A stretch of 64,000 nucleotides of DNA. Origin: an uncultured Candidatus Rokubacteria bacterium (GTDB lineage Bacteria > Methylomirabilota > Methylomirabilia > Rokubacteriales > DASRDR01). The notes beneath the pieces are model-generated. The model was not told the DNA's origin and ran no database searches. It saw only the letters and a program-made list of their open reading frames with translations. The stretch lies in NCBI GenBank assembly GCA_963708025.1, contig CAVPSB010000002.1, forward strand, positions 355,930 to 419,929. Reading direction: 5' to 3'. How positions within the stretch are numbered: the first letter of the stretch is position 1; each line of letters opens with the position of its first letter. Made by a program: the position numbers and the translations under genes. Below are positions 60,133-64,000 of this stretch, one piece after another.

Positions 60133-60927
60133 TCAGCCCTTGTTGTACTCGTCGTGGCGGCGCCACCAGACGCCCGTCTCGTTGCGCCCCTTGGGGGCGC
60201 GGTCGAGCCACTGGTACATGCCCCAGAGGCCGTCCAGTCCGCGTGCATAGGTGGAATAGGCGTGGTAGACGACTCCGTCCTCGAGCGCGAACGCGCTCAT
60301 GCCCGGCCTCTCGCGCGTGTACGTGGCCGCGTCGGTTCCGGTCATGGCCGCGATCTCGGCGACAGGCCCCTCGTCGCCGGCTTTCCGGACCAGCGCGTTC
60401 AGCTGCCACGCCGCCTCGCGCCGGTAGTTGTACTCGATACCCCCCGCGCGCTGTTGCTCCTCGGTGAACCGGACGTTGAAGTCGAAGTTGAAGTCGCTGC
60501 CGAACGAGGACGCCCAGGGAAACGACCACCCCATCCGCCGCTTGTACGCCTGCAGCGTCGCGAGCGGCGCCCGCGACACCGCCGACAGCGTGACGTCGTG
60601 GTTGGCCAGGTGGACGACGAAGCCGTCGAACCCGTCCGCGATCGCCGAGCAGGACGGACACCCCGCTGCGTAGTCGGGCCCGAACATGAAGTGGTAGACG
60701 AGGAGCTGCGAGCGCCCTCGGAAGAGGTCTGCCAGCGAGGCGCTCCCCTCGTCGGACTCGAATCGGTACTCCTTGTCGATCCGGACCCACGGTAGCTCCT
60801 GCCGTCGCCGCGCCAGTTCGTCGCTGCGCCGGGTCAGCTCCTTCTCGGCCCCGAGCAGCTCGAGCCGGGCTGCAAGCCACTCTTCACGTGTCCCGGTCAT
60901 GTGCTTCGTCTTCGTCTGGACGGTCAT
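60133..60927 (-). CDS. DUF899 thioredoxin-like protein
   Basis: REEWLAAR..LL.AEKELTR, LPWV, GRSQLLVYHFMFGP..CPSCS, SDFNFDF, YSTYARG, LDRAPKGRNE, WWRRHDEY. Confidence 0.92.
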   Translation of the reverse strand: MTVQTKTKHMTGTREEWLAARLELLGAEKELTRRSDELARRRQELPWVRIDKEYRFESDEGSASLADLFRGRSQLLVYHFMFGPDYAAGCPSCSAIADGFDGFVVHLANHDVTLSAVSRAPLATLQAYKRRMGWSFPWASSFGSDFNFDFNVRFTEEQQRAGGIEYNYRREAAWQLNALVRKAGDEGPVAEIAAMTGTDAATYTRERPGMSAFALEDGVVYHAYSTYARGLDGLWGMYQWLDRAPKGRNETGVWWRRHDEYNKG

Positions 60928-61091
60928 CGAACTTCCTCCTCGTTCGCCGGCGTCTCGGCCGGCGCGCTATTGGTGGGGGCCTGCGCTGCAGGCTTCGTAC
61001 GGACCTTCTTCACGATCACGGCGCCAAGGCCGCCCGCCGATCCCGCTCCGACGGAAATCAACGCCAGGGTCGTCAGACAGGCAGGACACAT
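60924..61091 (-). CDS. 55-aa CxxC micro-protein with one hydrophobic segment
   Basis: GAGGAGG RBS; MCPACLTTLALISVGAGSAGGLGAVIVKKVRTK...EEEVR; stop overlaps the DUF899 start (ATGA). Below ORF-track cutoff. Confidence 0.75.
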   Translation of the reverse strand: MCPACLTTLALISVGAGSAGGLGAVIVKKVRTKPAAQAPTNSAPAETPANEEEVR

Positions 61092-61140
61092 CGCTCACCT
61101 CCTCGGCCGGGGGTGTGCTGATTCCGGCCTTCACTCCCAT

Positions 61141-61167
61141 GGCGTTCGAGGGGGGGAGATTTCGACA
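61141..61167 (-). promoter_or_regulatory. ECF42-type promoter upstream of micro-protein/DUF899/DUF2182
   Basis: TGTCGAAATC...CGCC, 17-nt spacer. Confidence 0.55.
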
Positions 61168-61182
61168 GGGATTCCGAAAATT

Positions 61183-62403
61183 TCAGCTGCGACGGTCGAG
61201 CAGGAACCGCCGGATGGCGGGATTCTCGGTCAGCCCGATGGCGCGATCGTAGGACTCCAGGGCCTCTTTCGCCTGGCCGAGATGGCTGAGAAGGTGGGCG
61301 CGTACGGCCCAATAAGGCTGATAAGCCGCCACCGCGGCGCGGTCCAGCCCGTCCAGAAGCGTCAGTGCCTTGGCGGCTCCGCGCGTCTCGGACACCGCCG
61401 CGGCCTGCGCCACCCGGGCGCCGAGCGTCGGCGCGATGCGGATGAGGTGTTCGTAGAACACGACGATGGCGTCCCAGTCGGTGCGGCCGCTGCGCGCGCG
61501 CTCGGAATGGACCGACTGGATGGCGGCCTCGAGCTGGAACCGGCCGATCCGCCCGAGCCCCGCGGCCGCTTGGAGCTCGCGCTCAGCCTCGACGATCGAC
61601 TCCGTTGACCACGCCGCCGGGTTCTGCTCCGAGAGCGGGACGTAGCTTCCCTCGGGGGTACGCCTCGCCGCGCGGCGCGCATCGCAGAAGAGCATCAAGG
61701 CGAGGAGCCCGCGCACTTCGGGCTCTTCGGGCATGCGCGTGCGGACCACGCGCGCCAGCCAGATCGCCTCGTCGGCCAGATCCTGCCCGCGCGCGTCGGC
61801 GCCCGCCGTCTCGTCACGGCCGAGACCATACGCGGCGTAGACGGCCTCGAGAACCGTGTCGAGACGGCGCGCCAGCTCGTGAGCTTCGGGGACCTGGAAA
61901 GGGACGCCCGCCTCGCGGATCTTGCGCTTCGCCCGCACCAGCCGCTGCCCCATGGCCGCGGGGGGAACGAGGAAGGCCTGCGCGATGCGCGCCGCGTTGA
62001 GGCCGAGGACCGTCTGCAGCATGAGCGGTGTGTGCAAGGCGGGGTCGATCGCCGGGTGGGCGCAGACGAACAACAGTTCGACGCGCCGGTCGGGAAACGA
62101 GTTGACGAAAGCCGGCGGCCCCGCGGTCCCCTCCGTGAGACGTCGAATCGTGTCCAGGTGATCGCTGCGCACGCGCCTCCGGCGGGCCTGGTCGATCAGA
62201 CGATGCCGCGCGGCGGTGAGGAGCCACGCCTCGGGCTGCTGCGGCACGCCGTCGCGCGGCCAGGAGTTGAGGGCAGCGAGCAGCGCCTCTCCCAGCGCGT
62301 CCTCCGCGCCGGCCACGTCCCGCGTCTCGGAGGAGAGATAGGCGAGCAGGCGCCCGTAGGACGCGCGCGCCACGGCCTCGACTGCGTGCTGGGCATCGCC
62401 CAT
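61183..62403 (-). CDS. ECF42-type RNA polymerase sigma factor (C-terminal DUF6596/TPR extension)
   Basis: SYGRLLA, AEDAL, WPRDGVP..PEAWL, LLFVCAHPAI, QRLVRAK, YVPLSEQ, GRFQLEAAI, TDWDAI; directly downstream of a DGPF gene. Confidence 0.88.
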   Translation of the reverse strand: MGDAQHAVEAVARASYGRLLAYLSSETRDVAGAEDALGEALLAALNSWPRDGVPQQPEAWLLTAARHRLIDQARRRRVRSDHLDTIRRLTEGTAGPPAFVNSFPDRRVELLFVCAHPAIDPALHTPLMLQTVLGLNAARIAQAFLVPPAAMGQRLVRAKRKIREAGVPFQVPEAHELARRLDTVLEAVYAAYGLGRDETAGADARGQDLADEAIWLARVVRTRMPEEPEVRGLLALMLFCDARRAARRTPEGSYVPLSEQNPAAWSTESIVEAERELQAAAGLGRIGRFQLEAAIQSVHSERARSGRTDWDAIVVFYEHLIRIAPTLGARVAQAAAVSETRGAAKALTLLDGLDRAAVAAYQPYWAVRAHLLSHLGQAKEALESYDRAIGLTENPAIRRFLLDRRS

Positions 62404-62408
62404 TGCGC

Positions 62409-62780
62409 TCAGGGACGAACGAACGTCTCGTGATAGTCAACGTCCACCGGCCGAATCTCCAGGGCGCCGACGGCGGCCGCGGGGCAGCGCGCGGCCCAGT
62501 CGAGGGCCGCGTCCAGGGACGGCAAATCGAGAATGATGAACCCGCCCAGTTCCTCCTTGGCTTCGGCGAACGGACCGTCCTGCACCAGCCGCCTGCCCTC
62601 CCTCAGGCGCACGGTCGTGGCCGTCGCCGCCTGCTTCAGAGGCGCCCCGCCGACATGGACGCCCGCCTCGACGAGGGCCTTGTGGTACGCGTGCCATGCG
62701 GCGATGTACGGGTCGCCCGCGGGGCCGTCCCGCCTGTTGACGTCGGCGGGGGGTTCATAGACGAGCATGATGTAGCGCAT
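62409..62780 (-). CDS. YciI/DGPF family protein
   Basis: MRYIMLVY, ATTVR, QDGPFAEAKEELGGF, WAARCP, EIRP. Confidence 0.9.
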   Translation of the reverse strand: MRYIMLVYEPPADVNRRDGPAGDPYIAAWHAYHKALVEAGVHVGGAPLKQAATATTVRLREGRRLVQDGPFAEAKEELGGFIILDLPSLDAALDWAARCPAAAVGALEIRPVDVDYHETFVRP

Positions 62781-62837
62781 CGTGATCCTCCTATGGGCGT
62801 GCGGCCTGGCGCGGACCGCGATCGCTTCCAGGGAGAT

Positions 62838-62864
62838 GACGGCCGGGGATCCGCGATTTCGACA
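62838..62864 (-). promoter_or_regulatory. ECF42-type autoregulatory promoter
   Basis: TGTCGAAATC...CGTC, 17-nt spacer, about 60 nt upstream of the DGPF gene. Confidence 0.7.
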
Positions 62865-63084
62865 CGCGGCCGCGAATTGGATGGCCGATGGATCTCCGTT
62901 GCCACCTGATGATCGGCGGATAGTCCGCATGAACGCCGTTTTCGCCCCGACCTCGCGGTATCCGATTGCCCCGAAGGTCCGGTAACGAGTTCTGTCAGCC
63001 CGGCTGAGGCCCGTTCAGGCCCTTCTCGACCGCGCGACGTCCCGGAGCATACCTCGAAGACCGCCTGGTGGGAACACGGACCCC

Positions 63085-63540
63085 CTCTACCTCGACGGCC
63101 AGCAGGCCGTGCTCTACCGCTCGAAGCGGAGTCCCTTCCCGGGCCGGAAATTCGAGGCAATGGACCTCCTGGAGTGGCTCGCGCGCCTGAGCGACCACAT
63201 CCCCGACGCCGGACAGCACCGGACGCTGTTCTACGCCGAGTACGCCAATCGCGTCCGGGGACAAGGGCCGCCTCCGTCCGACTCGACCCTGCCTCAAGGG
63301 GACCCGGCGCTCAGGCGTCGTTGCTCTGCAAGCTGGGCGAGACTCGTCGCCAGGGTCTTACCAGGTGGATCCACTCCTGGGCGCCCGCTGCGGCCAGCGC
63401 ATGCGCCCTCGTTGCGTTCGTGACCGACTCTCTCACGATCGGCCGCATCCTCGACCACCTCGGCCTCAGCCCACCGGAGCGGGAGGGGCCCCCGCCGCCG
63501 GGCGAGGTCCTCCGCGTCGCCGAGCACGGTGAGGGCCGGG
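63085..63540 (+). mobile_element. IS91-like (Y2) transposase 3' remnant
   Basis: LEWLARL..HIPD..QH.T.FYAEYAN, SWARL..RV / VDPL / MR.VAFVTD...I.RILDHLGL, frameshifted. Confidence 0.75.
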
Positions 63541-63599
63541 GGGGGCCGGGGCGGTGGGACTCGTCGTGGCTCCGCGTGGACGGCTGTTCCGGGCACTCA

Positions 63600-63694
63600 G
63601 CTTCACGATCACGGGCGGGAGGATCGTCGAGATCGACGTGGTCGCCGACCCCGGGCGGCTCCGCTAGCTCGACCTGGCGGTCCTGAACGACTGA
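63600..63694 (+). pseudogene. SigJ/ECF41 C-terminal fragment with internal stop
   Basis: FTITGGRIVEIDVVADPGRLR*LDLAVLND, paralogous to the tail of 53532-54283. Confidence 0.65.
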
Positions 63695-63859
63695 CGAGCC
63701 CGCGCTTGCGGCAGCGGTGACTGTGTCCCAGGAGTCGGGAGCAGAGCTGGGACGGCCGTGCGCGGTGGTCCGTTCGGGCAAGCGTCTCGGGTCAAGGACG
63801 CCATGGCGCATCGCGGTTCGGCGTCGCCCCCCGCCAACGCGAGCCTGATCGCCGCCCGA

Positions 63860-63883
63860 AAACGGGGACCCAAACGGGGACCC
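63860..63883 (+). repeat. 12-bp tandem direct repeat AAACGGGGACCC x2
   Basis: Exact duplication 63860-63871 and 63872-63883. Confidence 0.7.
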
Positions 63884-64000
63884 ACTCCGCGGTCAAAACC
63901 CATCCCAACGGGTCACACCGCATCCCAAAGGCGCTCGCGGACCCGAAGTGACGAATCGCCAGGCCCAGCGCGGGATTTCGGCGTTCGGCGGGCGAAAAAA

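Noticed and set aside
63665-63667. In-frame TAG in the SigJ fragment as pyrrolysine or read-through
   Set aside because: Sits in a short truncated remnant where the paralogue has Gln (CAG to TAG nonsense change)

Overview
Very GC-rich bacterial DNA. The gene repertoire fits a soil bacterium, but the taxon cannot be fixed from sequence alone. No rRNA, tRNA or CRISPR was seen. 1-20 kb is mostly intact metabolism and housekeeping: the ppsA 3' end, chrA, dinB, a peptide-type ABC importer operon with a racemase and D-aminoacylase but no ATPase, acdS, an NHL/CinA/HDAC operon, arfB, ridA, an MBL-rhodanese, fae, a DedA-rhodanese and a pirin. 20-64 kb is an accessory region of redox, detox and stress genes mixed with many gene fragments and IS remnants (IS3-like, ISAzo13-like, IS91-like, rve integrase). 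Many otherwise intact genes carry single-base frameshifts, which suggests long-read indel errors. Main hidden features: (1) two probable selenoproteins whose in-frame UGA sits at a conserved Cys position and is followed by a SECIS-like hairpin (DedA-rhodanese C-S-U at 19549; AhpC/TSA U-P-F-C at 48244); (2) a local ECF42-type regulon with four TGTCGA-N16/17-CGHC promoters ahead of DGPF/YciI and DUF899 genes, including an unannotated 55-aa CxxC micro-protein; (3) a modular intergenic repeat in three copies that always begins at a TGA stop codon and ends in a Shine-Dalgarno; (4) an RDD protein and a secreted protein sharing an Ig-like domain; (5) a Tat-signal histone-deacetylase homologue, a cysteine-less racemase-fold protein and a 22-mer amphipathic repeat protein next to a hydrolase.
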